Of a stretch of DNA of 64,000 nt, positions 1 to 10,399 are shown in pieces. Under the pieces are notes generated by a model. The model saw only the letters and a list, made by a program, of their open reading frames with translations. It had not been told where the DNA came from and did not search any database. The stretch is taken from positions 256,001-320,000 of the forward strand of contig CAWCNS010000004.1 of the NCBI GenBank assembly GCA_963796965.1. Direction: 5' to 3'. The stretch is from Calditrichia bacterium. GTDB lineage: Bacteria; Calditrichota; Calditrichia; JAJRVZ01. Made by a program: the position numbers and the translations under genes. Position 1 is the first letter of the stretch, and every line of letters begins with the position of its first letter.

Positions 1-1671
1 TTGTTAACCGGTTCCTATCCCGCCAGGGTTGGTGTCCCATCCGTTTTGCATCCGGTTAGTCCAACCGGTCTGGATCCAAGTGAGATCACTATCGCCGAAA
101 TCTTTAAAGAACAGGGTTATGCAACCGCCTGCGTCGGCAAATGGCATGTTGGTGATCATCCTACCATGATGCCTACCAATCAGGGTTTTGACGAATATTT
201 TGGCATCCCCTATTCCAATGATATGTGGCCATGGCGGAATGACTATAAAAAAGAAAGTCCACCGTCAGACTTATTTCCCGATCTTCCCCTTTATAAAAAC
301 GATCAAATAATAGAGCGTAATCCAGATCAGAATCAAATCACCAAACGATACACGGAATTTGCACTCAGATTTATTGAGAAATATAAGGATGAACCTTTCT
401 TTTTATATTTGCCTCATACGATGCCCCATATTCCCCTGGGTGTCTCTGAAAAATTTGCAGGTAAGACAGCATATGGTCGATATGGTGACGTCATTGAGGA
501 AATCGATTGGTCGACAGGAGAAATTCTAAAAGCCTTAAAAATACTTAATCTGGATAAAAAAACGCTGGTTGTTTTTACTTCCGATAACGGTCCCTGGCTG
601 ACCTACGGAACTCATGCCGGCAGGGCCTACCCCCTGCGTGAGGGAAAATCAACCACCTTTGAAGGAGGTCAGCGCGTGCCCTGCATTATGCGCTGGCCGG
701 GTAAAATCCCCGCTGGTTCTATCAACAATGAATTAGTGACGACAATGGATTTTTTACCAACTTTTGCCGGATTAACTGGAGGGGCAATGCCTGAGGATAG
801 GGTGATTGATGGCAAAGATATCTGGTCCTTGATGCGGGGAGAACCTGGAGCCCGGTCTCCCTACAAGGCGTTTTTTTATCACCAACCATCCGGATTAGAA
901 GCTGTACGTAGCGGACCCTGGAAGTTACATTTCCCTCATAGGTATCGGCAACAAGCCGGAAAGGGAGGGGTAGATGGTTTTCCGGCCGGCGCGGCCGATG
1001 CGTCCATTGGTCTCTCTCTGTTTAATTTGGAAACGGATATTGGGGAAACGAAGAATCTTGCCGATCAGCATCCTGAAATTGTCGAAAAATTAACGACGCT
1101 TGCAGACGCCCATCTAAAAAATCTGACCGAAAACGCCCGTGTACCTCTCGAAATTTCTGATTTAAGCTGGAAACGATATCAGGATAAACTCTCCGAGGGT
1201 GAATATATTACAGACTGGTGGCTAATCGGCCCTTTTGATAATACGAACCGTAAAGGTATCGAGAAAGTATACCCTCCGGAAAGAGAATTTCGTAAAACTA
1301 AATCCTATCCCGGAATTAATAATAAAATGATATCCTGGAAGGCTTACGACGGAGAAGGTAATGAATATATCAGTCTGGCCAAACTTTTCAAGCCCTCAGA
1401 AGAAGCTGTCGTTTATGCCCGGAGAATTTTTAATAGCGATAAAGATGGGATGATAAAGATTGGCCTGGGAACTAATGATGGTGTGAAAATGTGGGTTAAT
1501 GGAAAACTCGTACATTCAAATATTACAGGCAGAACGGCGATCCCGAATGATGATGTCATCACTGTCCCGTTTAAGGAAGGTGAAAATGTCGTCCTTTTAA
1601 AAATTGATCAGCTCGGCGGTGGCTGGGGGTTTTATTTTTCGATTATGGAAGGGGCGGATTCTATTAAATAA
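1..1671 (+). CDS. Sulfatase (S1, formylglycine-dependent family), 5'-truncated by the window, with a C-terminal beta-sandwich accessory module
   Basis: LTGSYPAR (the tail that follows the CxPxR signature), GKWHVG, QGFDEYFG, FTSDNGP and EGGQRVP motifs. C-terminal WWLIGPF...GTNDG...GGGWGF module. Confidence 0.93.
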   Translation: MLTGSYPARVGVPSVLHPVSPTGLDPSEITIAEIFKEQGYATACVGKWHVGDHPTMMPTNQGFDEYFGIPYSNDMWPWRNDYKKESPPSDLFPDLPLYKNDQIIERNPDQNQITKRYTEFALRFIEKYKDEPFFLYLPHTMPHIPLGVSEKFAGKTAYGRYGDVIEEIDWSTGEILKALKILNLDKKTLVVFTSDNGPWLTYGTHAGRAYPLREGKSTTFEGGQRVPCIMRWPGKIPAGSINNELVTTMDFLPTFAGLTGGAMPEDRVIDGKDIWSLMRGEPGARSPYKAFFYHQPSGLEAVRSGPWKLHFPHRYRQQAGKGGVDGFPAGAADASIGLSLFNLETDIGETKNLADQHPEIVEKLTTLADAHLKNLTENARVPLEISDLSWKRYQDKLSEGEYITDWWLIGPFDNTNRKGIEKVYPPEREFRKTKSYPGINNKMISWKAYDGEGNEYISLAKLFKPSEEAVVYARRIFNSDKDGMIKIGLGTNDGVKMWVNGKLVHSNITGRTAIPNDDVITVPFKEGENVVLLKIDQLGGGWGFYFSIMEGADSIK

Positions 1672-1895
1672 AAAGTAAGAGGGTAAAGCAAAAGTAAAGT
1701 GGATAAAGCTTCTGTTTTGATTAAACGGAAAGGCGTTAAGCTGAAGAAGATAGCATGACCCTCGAAGTATTCCGAATTAATTTCGGATTAATTGAAGTAA
1801 ACTTCCAATGGACTTTTTGGAAAAAACACTTTAGTTATTATTTGTTAAATATTTAAAAACAAATTTTTGGAACAGATCATATAAGCCAGAATACC

Positions 1896-4239
1896 ATGAT
1901 ATCACTATATAAAAATACGTACTGCGCGTTATCGTTTTTATTATTAGTTGTATTATTTGACAATTCATTCTCTCTACAATACAAGGATTCTCAATCAAAT
2001 AACAATTAACAATCTTCTTCCAACCCCACAAGTAATCGAACAGATAGAAGGGGAAATGTACTCTCACAGCTGAATCGGTCATTTACTATAGTGAGGATAA
2101 ATGAGAAGAATTAGTCTTCGGTCATATCCCGGTTTCTTGATCTGTTTGAAGAAAGATATCATCTGCGATTTATCACAGAACCTAAAAAAGGAATAAGAAA
2201 TTTCAGATCATCATTAAGAGATAACAAACACAATCAGATTCTGAAGCGATTAGTCCCGATTCAAATTGAAAGTAAAGGGTGAAGAAGTCTATGATCTTAT
2301 AGTTCATGCTAAGGGTATAAACATCGATGCAAACTCGTTAAAAGGTGTGAGATGGGCTTTAATGACATTGTTACAATTAGGGTTCCAGGAAGACCCGGCG
2401 AAAATTATGATACCCTGCCGTCAAGAATCCTTGATTGGCCCCATTATCGCTGGCGGGGCTATATGCTGGATACGGGCCGTGCCCCCTATTCGATTGAGCA
2501 AATCAAACGCACGATCAGAATTTGTTCAACTTTCAAATTAAATTTTCTCATGCTTCGTGAAGGGGATGATGAATTAAATGCATTTAGATTTAATAATTTA
2601 AAGTTAGGCCATAATAACCCATTTGCCCTGACAATTGATGATTTATCCGAACTAATAAAATATGGTGAAGAACATGGAATTGTTGTCTTTCCTGAAATTG
2701 AATCATTAGGCCATGCGGCAGCAAAAAGGATTCATTATCCGGACCTGGTCGAGGGAGACATGTATGCTGATTATTGGCCGGGCTTTTTTCATCTCAGAAA
2801 AGCAAATTTAAAAGTTGGAAATCCCGGGACATACCAGCTTCTTGCATCTATTTATGAAGAATTATTTCCTTTACTCAAAGTTCCAATCGTTCATCTGGGT
2901 CTCGATGAAGTCAGGCTATCAAAAGAAGAACAAGCGGATCACTTGGAAAAATTACTCCCCCTTGTTGACGAAACCGGAAATAAATTTGGACATGAGATGG
3001 AAATGATTGTCTGGAGTGATGCTCCACCGACGCCTCGTGGAATATCATGATCGTGTGATCAGATGTCTTTGGGTTTATGATGACAGCGTATCTCTGGATA
3101 ATCAATTTGCAAAAATGCAGGGAATCGAGACATTTATTCAACCAGAGTGCCGACAAAAGGTATTTATGTCGGCTGGATCAGGGACAGAACATCGGCCATA
3201 TTCAAAAGGGAACTATATTGGAGCCTTCAGGAACTTGACTTCATGGACTATGTTGGGCAAAAATTACCCAAATTTTATAGGTGTTCTGGCGGTTCAATGG
3301 GGAACCAACATTATTGATGAATGGTTTCCAAATTTTCTAATGGCGGCGGAATTTGCATGGAATGTACCTGAAAAAATGCCCGATTATGCTTCAACAATGG
3401 ATTGTATAATGCTTAAATTGCAAAAATTAAATGACTTTAGTCGGCCTGATCCGGCAGCAGTTGATCGTCCGGCCTGGGATGGTATTTGGTTAATTGGAAG
3501 AAATTGGGATGAAGATATTATGACCGGAAAAAAGGCCGCGCCTGTTATAGAAATATTTTCGGAGGGGGAATTCTTTCATCAGGAATCAACACCGGTTATA
3601 ATTGAATCGAATTTTCCACAAACAAAAATATATTATACGCTGGACGGAACAGAACCACATCGGAATGCCAAATTTTATTATGGTCCTTTTCGGGTCACAG
3701 AAACGACAACGATCAGAGCAAAAGGATTTTTAGCCGGTCGTCCTGAGAGCTATACAAAAACCCAGATATTTGCCAATTTGGACTACCAGGATCCAGTGGC
3801 ATCGGAGAAACTATCTCCAGGCATTGATTATACATTCTATTTAACGGATGTTTATTCTGTTTTAGACTTAGGTGATAAAGAAATTGCAGGCACGAGCGTT
3901 GCAGACAAAATCACAATTATTGATCAGGCTGTAGACGAAGAGAAATTTGGGTTGATCTTTTCCGGCTATATAGAAATTCAAAAAGAAGGATTGTATACCT
4001 TCTATCTTAGCTCCAATGATGGCAGTAAACTATATATTAATGAGAAGGAACTTATTGATAATAACGGCAGACATCCGTCAATTGAAAAAACTGGAAAAAT
4101 TTCACTAAGGATAGGGCATTACCCCATTAAGGTGACCTATTTTCAAAATGGTGGTGGTAAGGATCTCACATTATTCTGGTCAGCCGAATGGCTGGACAAA
4201 CAGGAAGTTCCTGAACATGTATTATATCATGCAGAATAA
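1896..4239 (+). CDS. GH20 beta-N-acetylhexosaminidase-like protein with CHB_HEX_C/FN3-like and PA14 domains; frameshifted several times
   Basis: ATG at 1896 with a signal-like stretch, then LLPTPQ in another frame. ORFs 2266/2352/3007 supply DWPHYRWRGYMLD, FPEIESLGH and catalytic HLGLDE, then IYYTLDGTEP and PA14 (SSNDGSKLY, YFQNGGG). Confidence 0.8.
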
Positions 4240-4258
4240 GAAGGTCTTTCGTGATTAA

Positions 4259-4405
4259 CAAAGGCAATTTGGTATTGGTATCTATGGGGGGTTATCCTCT
4301 GGAATCGCTGCCGCTATTCAATCTGCACGAATGGGAAAATCTGTTATTCTGACTGGGTCGGGACGACATCTGGGTGGCATATCATCAAGTGGATTGGGGA
4401 ATTAA
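4259..4405 (+). pseudogene. Remnant of an FAD-dependent oxidoreductase N-terminus (paralogue of the next gene)
   Basis: Translates as IYGGLSSGIAAAIQSARMGKSVILTGSGRHLGGISSSGLGN*, matching IYGGTSAGVSAAVQTARMGKSVILIEPGSHLGGLSSGGLG at 4585-4700. No start codon in frame. Confidence 0.8.
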
Positions 4406-4479
4406 TTTTTCGATTATTGAGGCTGAAGTACAATAAAATGTAATGTAAATAGGCAAATAGAAAATAAAGAGGAAATGGT

Positions 4480-6609
4480 ATGGTAAAATCTTATTTCAAA
4501 ATAATTTTGACCCTGATGGTTTTCATGATTTCTCAAATGTTGATAGCTGATACGAGTGATGTTGTATTGGAATATGATGTTGTCATCTATGGTGGAACCT
4601 CTGCAGGGGTATCGGCAGCCGTTCAGACTGCCCGGATGGGAAAATCCGTGATATTAATCGAACCGGGGAGCCATCTTGGTGGCCTGTCTTCCGGTGGATT
4701 GGGCCAGACTGATATCGGCAATAAACATGTAATCGGAGGGATCGCCCGAGAATTCTATCAGCACGTCTATAAACATTATTCCCAAAGCGATGTCTGGATT
4801 CATCAGAGATACGATGAGTACCAGGAAAGAAAAGAGGACTGGGATGAAAATAAAATCTGGTGGAAATTTGAGCCTCATGTAGCTGAATCCATATTTAAAA
4901 CAATGATCGACGAGGCGCAAGTGTCGGTGGTTTTTAATGAACGATTGGATCTTGATTCCGGGGTTGAAAAAAAACAAACGATTATTAAATCAATCCGTAT
5001 GGAATCAGGAAAAATCTTTCGCGGAAAAGTCTTTATTGATGCCACCTATGAGGGTGATCTGATGGCCAAAACCGGAGTTTCCTACACGGTAGGACGTGAA
5101 TCAAATAGTCGCTATGGGGAGAGTCTAAATGGCGTGCAGACGAAGAATGCTGTATATCATCAGTTCGTCGACGGTGTTGATCCCTTTATTGAGAGGGGAA
5201 ATCCGCAAAGTGGCCTGTTACCAGGAATAGATCCTGATGGACCGGGAGAGGAAGGTGAGGGTGATCAGAAAATTCAGGCTTATTGCTTCCGTATGTGTCT
5301 GACCGATGCACCAGCAAACAGAACCGCCTTTAAAAAGCCGGCCGGATATGATCCAATGCAGCATGAATTGCTTCTGCGCAACTTTGAGGCAGGCGCAAGA
5401 GTCGTACCCTGGATTAACTCTGCCATGCCTAACCGCAAAACAGATACCAATAATAGCCGTGGTGTATCAACGGATAATATTGGACAGAATTATGACTGGC
5501 CGGAGGGCAATTATGCAATCAGGGACTCAATATTTAAGGCCCATCTTTTGTATCAAAAAGGATTAATGTGGACCTTGGCAAATCATCCCCGGGTGCCGGA
5601 TAGTATTCGCACCATTGTTAGTCGCTGGGGGGTAGCCGCAGACGAATTTACCGAAACCGATAACTGGCCACATCAAATTTATGTCCGCGAAGCAAGAAGA
5701 ATGGTCAGTGACTATATCATGACCGAAAAAAACTGTACCGGAGAGGTCATAGTAGCAAACTCAGTAGGCATGGCTGCCTATACGATGGATTCACATAATA
5801 TCCAGCGTTATGTGGATAATAATGGTTTTGTAAAGAACGAAGGGGATGTTGAGGTAGGTGGCTTTCCACCCTATCCAATTAGTTATCAATCAATCATTCC
5901 CCGTAAAGGAGAATGTGCTAATCTTGTCGTTCCTGTATGTTTATCATCCTCACATATTGCCTTTGGTTCCATACGCATGGAGCCGGTTTTTATGGTTTTA
6001 GGGCAATCAGCAGCCATTGCCGGATGTCTGGCCATTGACCGGAATAAAGGGCTGCAGTATCTCAATTATGAACTTTTACGTAAGGCACTTCTGGAGACCG
6101 GACAGATCCTTGAGATCGAAAATAGATTGCCTGACAGTCATTTTCTAATTGACTGGTGGCTTCTCGGTCCCCTTGATAACCCTGATAAAAAAGGTCTGCT
6201 AACCGTTTACCCGCCGGAAACAGAAATTGATACGACAAAAACATATTATGGTAGAAATAACAAAAAAATTATCTGGCAGAAATATAAAGGTCATGAATCC
6301 GGCTATGTAGATCTGGTTGAGGTTCTTTCCCCTTCAGATAAAGGCGTCGCCTATGCCTGCAAGATAATAGAGGTAAAAGCCGATACGCTTTTAGAAATTG
6401 GGGTGGGCAGTAATGATGGTGCTCGTCTCTGGGTCAACGGGGAACTATTCCTGGATAGACAGGAAGAAGGTATGGCAGTTCCCAACAAAGATGTCCTGTC
6501 TATACCATTTAAAAAAGGCAACAACACGATCCTGTTAAAAATCGACCAGGTTGGTGGTGGCTGGGGATTTTATTTTTCAATTGTTGGGGGCAAAAATAAA
6601 ACAAATTAA
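4480..6609 (+). CDS. Secreted FAD-dependent oxidoreductase (FAD_oxidored/PF12831-like) with a C-terminal beta-sandwich module
   Basis: Signal peptide; YDVVIYGGTSAG Rossmann motif; FIDATYEGDL; YVREARR; SIRMEP. Confidence 0.88.
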   Translation: MVKSYFKIILTLMVFMISQMLIADTSDVVLEYDVVIYGGTSAGVSAAVQTARMGKSVILIEPGSHLGGLSSGGLGQTDIGNKHVIGGIAREFYQHVYKHYSQSDVWIHQRYDEYQERKEDWDENKIWWKFEPHVAESIFKTMIDEAQVSVVFNERLDLDSGVEKKQTIIKSIRMESGKIFRGKVFIDATYEGDLMAKTGVSYTVGRESNSRYGESLNGVQTKNAVYHQFVDGVDPFIERGNPQSGLLPGIDPDGPGEEGEGDQKIQAYCFRMCLTDAPANRTAFKKPAGYDPMQHELLLRNFEAGARVVPWINSAMPNRKTDTNNSRGVSTDNIGQNYDWPEGNYAIRDSIFKAHLLYQKGLMWTLANHPRVPDSIRTIVSRWGVAADEFTETDNWPHQIYVREARRMVSDYIMTEKNCTGEVIVANSVGMAAYTMDSHNIQRYVDNNGFVKNEGDVEVGGFPPYPISYQSIIPRKGECANLVVPVCLSSSHIAFGSIRMEPVFMVLGQSAAIAGCLAIDRNKGLQYLNYELLRKALLETGQILEIENRLPDSHFLIDWWLLGPLDNPDKKGLLTVYPPETEIDTTKTYYGRNNKKIIWQKYKGHESGYVDLVEVLSPSDKGVAYACKIIEVKADTLLEIGVGSNDGARLWVNGELFLDRQEEGMAVPNKDVLSIPFKKGNNTILLKIDQVGGGWGFYFSIVGGKNKTN

Positions 6610-6620
6610 CCCGGATTATT

Positions 6621-6807
6621 TATCTTTTGCAAAGTCGCAGAGCCTTTTTCCACGAATTGCACGAATTAATTTAATCAATCAAGAATAGAGTCTTCTGAGA
6701 TCAGCAAAGATTTTCCCCTTTGTTTCTTAGTTCATTTTTCTTTTATCTTAAAATTTTCTCTGCGATCTCTTTGCTTTCTCTGCGTCTTCGCGACTTTGCG
6801 AGAGATA
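6621..6807. repeat. REP-like inverted repeat (9-mer periodic family)
   Basis: tatcttttgcaaagtcgc (6621-6638) pairs with gcgactttgcgagagata (6790-6807). Internal CACGAATT tandem units and CTCTGCG units. Confidence 0.75.
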
Positions 6808-6908
6808 TTATTTTTTTTTCGATGTACTCAGTGGTTAATTATTTTTTTGTATGAAGCTAAAATCTGCAGTATGAATAGACCAAATTCTAAGATTCGGGAA
6901 ATATAAAT

Positions 6909-8153
6909 ATGGATAAATTGGCGATTTATGGCGGACCGAAGGTTAAATCCACCCCGTTCGGAACAGGTAAACGTTTTGGTGAGGAAGAAAAAGAACAATT
7001 GATGCAGGTCATTGATGATGATATGCTTTTCTATTTTTTTGGTAAAAAGGTTTTTGAATTTCAAAGAGAGTTTGCCCATATGCACGATATGCAGCATTGT
7101 GTTGCCTGTTCTTCCGGAACTGCGGCAGTTCATATCGCTATCGGGACTTTAAATTTAGCCCCGGGGACCGAAGTCATTACAAGCGCGATCACAGATATGG
7201 GTTCATTAACGGGTATCCTGTATCAGAATCTGATTCCGGTTTTTGCCGATATTGATCCGCAAACCTATAACATGGATCCACAAAGTGTTGAGCAATGTAT
7301 TACGAATAAAACGGGAGCGATACTTGTTGTCCACCACTCCGGACTGGTCGCGGATATGGACAAATTTTTGGCTATGAGTGAAAAATATCAAATACCTATA
7401 ATCGAAGATGTGGCTCAAGCTTATCTTGGAGATTATAAAGGTCAGTTAGCCGGGACAATGGGCATCATTAATACTTTCAGCTTAAATCATTTTAAGCATA
7501 TTAATTGCGGGTCCGGCGGCATGGTTCTCACAAATGATGATCAGATGCGACGATTAGCGACGCTCTATCTGGACAAATGTTATGATCGGGAAGGGGGCAA
7601 ACGGAATCCCTTTTTTCTGGCACCAAATTACCAAATGACTGAATTGCAGGGTGCAGTTGCTCTCGCTCAATTAAAAAAATTGACCTGGATTATTGAACAA
7701 CGTCGGAAACTTGGGGATCGGCTGACAACCCTGCTAAAAGATATTCCCGGGATTACAGCCCAATTAATACCTGATGGTTGTCGGCATACCTATTTTCTTT
7801 TCCTCTTCCGTGTGGATACGGAGATGTTGCACACCACAACCGAAGAATTTTCAAAAGCGTTAGATGCAGAAGGTATTCCCAACCAAGCAAACATGATTAC
7901 CGGGGGCATGCCTGAATATGCTTATGATATTTTTAAGAACCTCTCAGCCTTTCCGGATAGCCAACATCCCTTTGTCAATGAAACCTTTGGAACCAATGTT
8001 TCTTATCAGGATGTCACATGTCCTCATGCAGAGAAAGCCTTTGAGCAAGTTATTAACCTGCAGATTAATGAATTTTACACAGAAAAAGATGTAGATGAAA
8101 TGGCCCAGGCAGTGGAGAAAGTGGCGAATTATTATTATCATCAGAGTCTGTGA
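6909..8153 (+). CDS. DegT/DnrJ/EryC1/StrS family PLP aminotransferase
   Basis: SSGTAAVH, IIEDVAQA, FSLNHFKHI (PLP lysine), GSGGMV, NYQMTELQGAV. Confidence 0.93.
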   Translation: MDKLAIYGGPKVKSTPFGTGKRFGEEEKEQLMQVIDDDMLFYFFGKKVFEFQREFAHMHDMQHCVACSSGTAAVHIAIGTLNLAPGTEVITSAITDMGSLTGILYQNLIPVFADIDPQTYNMDPQSVEQCITNKTGAILVVHHSGLVADMDKFLAMSEKYQIPIIEDVAQAYLGDYKGQLAGTMGIINTFSLNHFKHINCGSGGMVLTNDDQMRRLATLYLDKCYDREGGKRNPFFLAPNYQMTELQGAVALAQLKKLTWIIEQRRKLGDRLTTLLKDIPGITAQLIPDGCRHTYFLFLFRVDTEMLHTTTEEFSKALDAEGIPNQANMITGGMPEYAYDIFKNLSAFPDSQHPFVNETFGTNVSYQDVTCPHAEKAFEQVINLQINEFYTEKDVDEMAQAVEKVANYYYHQSL

Positions 8154-8222
8154 GACGGATGTATAAAATCCATCTAAGATATACCTAAATGATGGAATTT
8201 TTTATTAATATGAGGAGTCCTA

Positions 8223-9278
8223 ATGGCAGATAAAAAAAAATTAAGCGTAGGTATTGTGGGGATTGGGACAATCGCTGATATTCATGCCCAGGCGATATGG
8301 AAGTCTGATGGATTGGAAATCCACTCTTTTTACAGCCGGAATAAAGAAAGAGCCGAATCAGCGGGTGTGAAATATGGGAAAAAATGGACAACCAACTGGG
8401 ATGAGTTTATTTCTGATAATGATCTTGATGCGGTGTCGATTTGTACACCCAATGGAAATCATATGGACTATGGTGTCAAGGCGGCTGAAGCTGGTAAACA
8501 TGTGATTATCGAAAAACCGATAGAGGTGACGCTAACACGGGCAAAGCAATTGATAAAAATATGTTATAAGCAGGGTGTTAAATTAGCCGTCATTTATCAG
8601 AGCCGGTTCACCCCATCGATCATGTGGATGAAAGAACAAATAAATAATGGGATCATTGGTGACCTTTTTATGGGTGATGCCTATATCAAATGGTTCCGTT
8701 CGCAAAAATATTATGATAGTGGTGAATGGCGTGGAACCTTTGCTCTGGATGGTGGCGGTGTTTTAATAAACCAGGCAATCCATACCATTGATGTACTACA
8801 ATGGTTGATGGGTGGGGTAACGTCACTCTTTGGCCAAATTGGTACTTATACTCATGACCGTCTAGAAGGCGAGGATAATGCCGTGGCTACATTACGTTTT
8901 AGAAATGGGGCAATTGGCACAATTGAAGGATCAACCTCTGTGCAACCGGCACAAACACGTAAAATTGAAATTCATGGATCCATGGGTAGCGCGATACTCG
9001 ATGGAGATGACGCAAAAATATTTATTGATGATCAGATTTTAATCCCACCAATAACAGAGGAAAAAAAACCTGAGGCGAGTGGTTCTTCCAGCCCTTTGGC
9101 CGGATTCTCAATTGAACCACATAAGAATCAATTTGAAGCAATCGCAGCCTCAATTAAATCTGGTGAGGACCCACCGGTTGCCGGTCGTGATAGTCTGGAT
9201 TCACTAGCCATTGTCCTGGCTATCTATGAATCCTCAAAAACGAATAGAGTGATCAATCTGGATGAATTTATGAAATAA
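8223..9278 (+). CDS. Gfo/Idh/MocA family NAD(P)-dependent oxidoreductase
   Basis: GIVGIGTIA, CTPNGNH, IEKP, WRGT..DGGGVLINQAIHTID. Confidence 0.93.
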   Translation: MADKKKLSVGIVGIGTIADIHAQAIWKSDGLEIHSFYSRNKERAESAGVKYGKKWTTNWDEFISDNDLDAVSICTPNGNHMDYGVKAAEAGKHVIIEKPIEVTLTRAKQLIKICYKQGVKLAVIYQSRFTPSIMWMKEQINNGIIGDLFMGDAYIKWFRSQKYYDSGEWRGTFALDGGGVLINQAIHTIDVLQWLMGGVTSLFGQIGTYTHDRLEGEDNAVATLRFRNGAIGTIEGSTSVQPAQTRKIEIHGSMGSAILDGDDAKIFIDDQILIPPITEEKKPEASGSSSPLAGFSIEPHKNQFEAIAASIKSGEDPPVAGRDSLDSLAIVLAIYESSKTNRVINLDEFMK

Positions 9279-9318
9279 TATTTTTCTCGCAAAGGCGCAA
9301 AAAAGGAGTCCACGAATT

Positions 9319-9369
9319 ACCACCCCCTTTTTCCCCCTCCTTAGTAAGGAGGGGGATTATGGGGGTGGT
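9319..9369. repeat. GC-rich palindromic REP-like hairpin (CCCCTCCTT...AAGGAGGGG type)
   Basis: tccccctccttagtaaggaggggga (9332-9356) inside an outer stem accaccccc/gggggtggt. Confidence 0.8.
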
Positions 9370-9399
9370 TATTTATCTTTTCTTTATAAGAAATCTTCA

Positions 9400-10176
9400 A
9401 TGAAAAACAAATCATTTAAATTAGCCCTCATCCAGATGAAAGTTGAAGGGGGGGAGAGAAAACAGAATCTACGTCGTGCCGAAGAAAAAATTGCAGATGC
9501 TGCCCGAAATAAAGCCCGGGTGATTCTGCTGCCGGAGGCAATGGATCTTGGTTGGACCCATCCCTCTGCATTGACCGAGGCTCAGCCGATTGCCGAAGGT
9601 GAAACAGGTCAATTCTTACGTGGTGAAGCAAAGAAGCATAATGTTTATATCTGTGCTGGATTAATTGAAAAAAGAGATGACGAAGTTTTCAATTCAGCGG
9701 TTTTAATCGATGCCAATGGACAAATCATCTTAAAACATCGTAAGATCAATGAATTAAATATTGGGCGAAAGTATTATAATATTGGGGAAGATCAGGCAAT
9801 CTGTAAAACGGAATTTGGCATATTCGGTCTAATTATTTGTGCTGATGCCAAGAAACGTCGATTGTTGCGGAAACCAGGTGAGGAAGGGGCCTCATTAATT
9901 CTTTCCCCTTGCAGCTGGGCTGTCCCTGCTGATCATGATAACATAAAGACTCCCTATGGTCAGGAATGGGTAGATGCCTATGGTCCACCAGCGAAGGAAT
10001 TCTCCATGTGGGTTGCCGGATGTAGTAATGTGGGCTGGATGAATGCAGGACCCTGGCAGGGATGGAAGGGAATTGGTTGTTCTCTGATCATTGATTCCCA
10101 TGGAGATGTCAACGCAACCGGACCCTATGGAGAGGATGCTGAAGCGATTATTTATGTGGATATTCCTGTTTCATAA
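9400..10176 (+). CDS. Carbon-nitrogen hydrolase (nitrilase superfamily)
   Basis: Catalytic E-K-C triad in LLPE, HRKIN and IICAD. Confidence 0.9.
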   Translation: MKNKSFKLALIQMKVEGGERKQNLRRAEEKIADAARNKARVILLPEAMDLGWTHPSALTEAQPIAEGETGQFLRGEAKKHNVYICAGLIEKRDDEVFNSAVLIDANGQIILKHRKINELNIGRKYYNIGEDQAICKTEFGIFGLIICADAKKRRLLRKPGEEGASLILSPCSWAVPADHDNIKTPYGQEWVDAYGPPAKEFSMWVAGCSNVGWMNAGPWQGWKGIGCSLIIDSHGDVNATGPYGEDAEAIIYVDIPVS

Positions 10177-10248
10177 TAAATAATTACCATCTTTTTAATC
10201 CCTTGCCTTAATAAGGAGGGAATTGGTATAAGGCGAAATGATATATTT

Positions 10249-10342
10249 TGTAATCCTGAATTTATTTCAGGATCTAAGACCTCAATGAAAATAAGATTCC
10301 GAAACAAGCCTGTCCTGGAGTCAGGCCAGGATTCGGATTGAC
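10249..10342. repeat. GTCATCCTG...ATGAC-type double-hairpin REP-like element with a nested palindromic insert
   Basis: atcctgaatttatttcaggat hairpin, then agattccgaaacaag[cctgtcctggagtcaggccagga]ttcggattgac. Confidence 0.7.
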
Positions 10343-10399
10343 TTATAGTAAAAGATTCAAATTTATTGCAGACATATAGGAAAATAAAATGGAGGTAAC

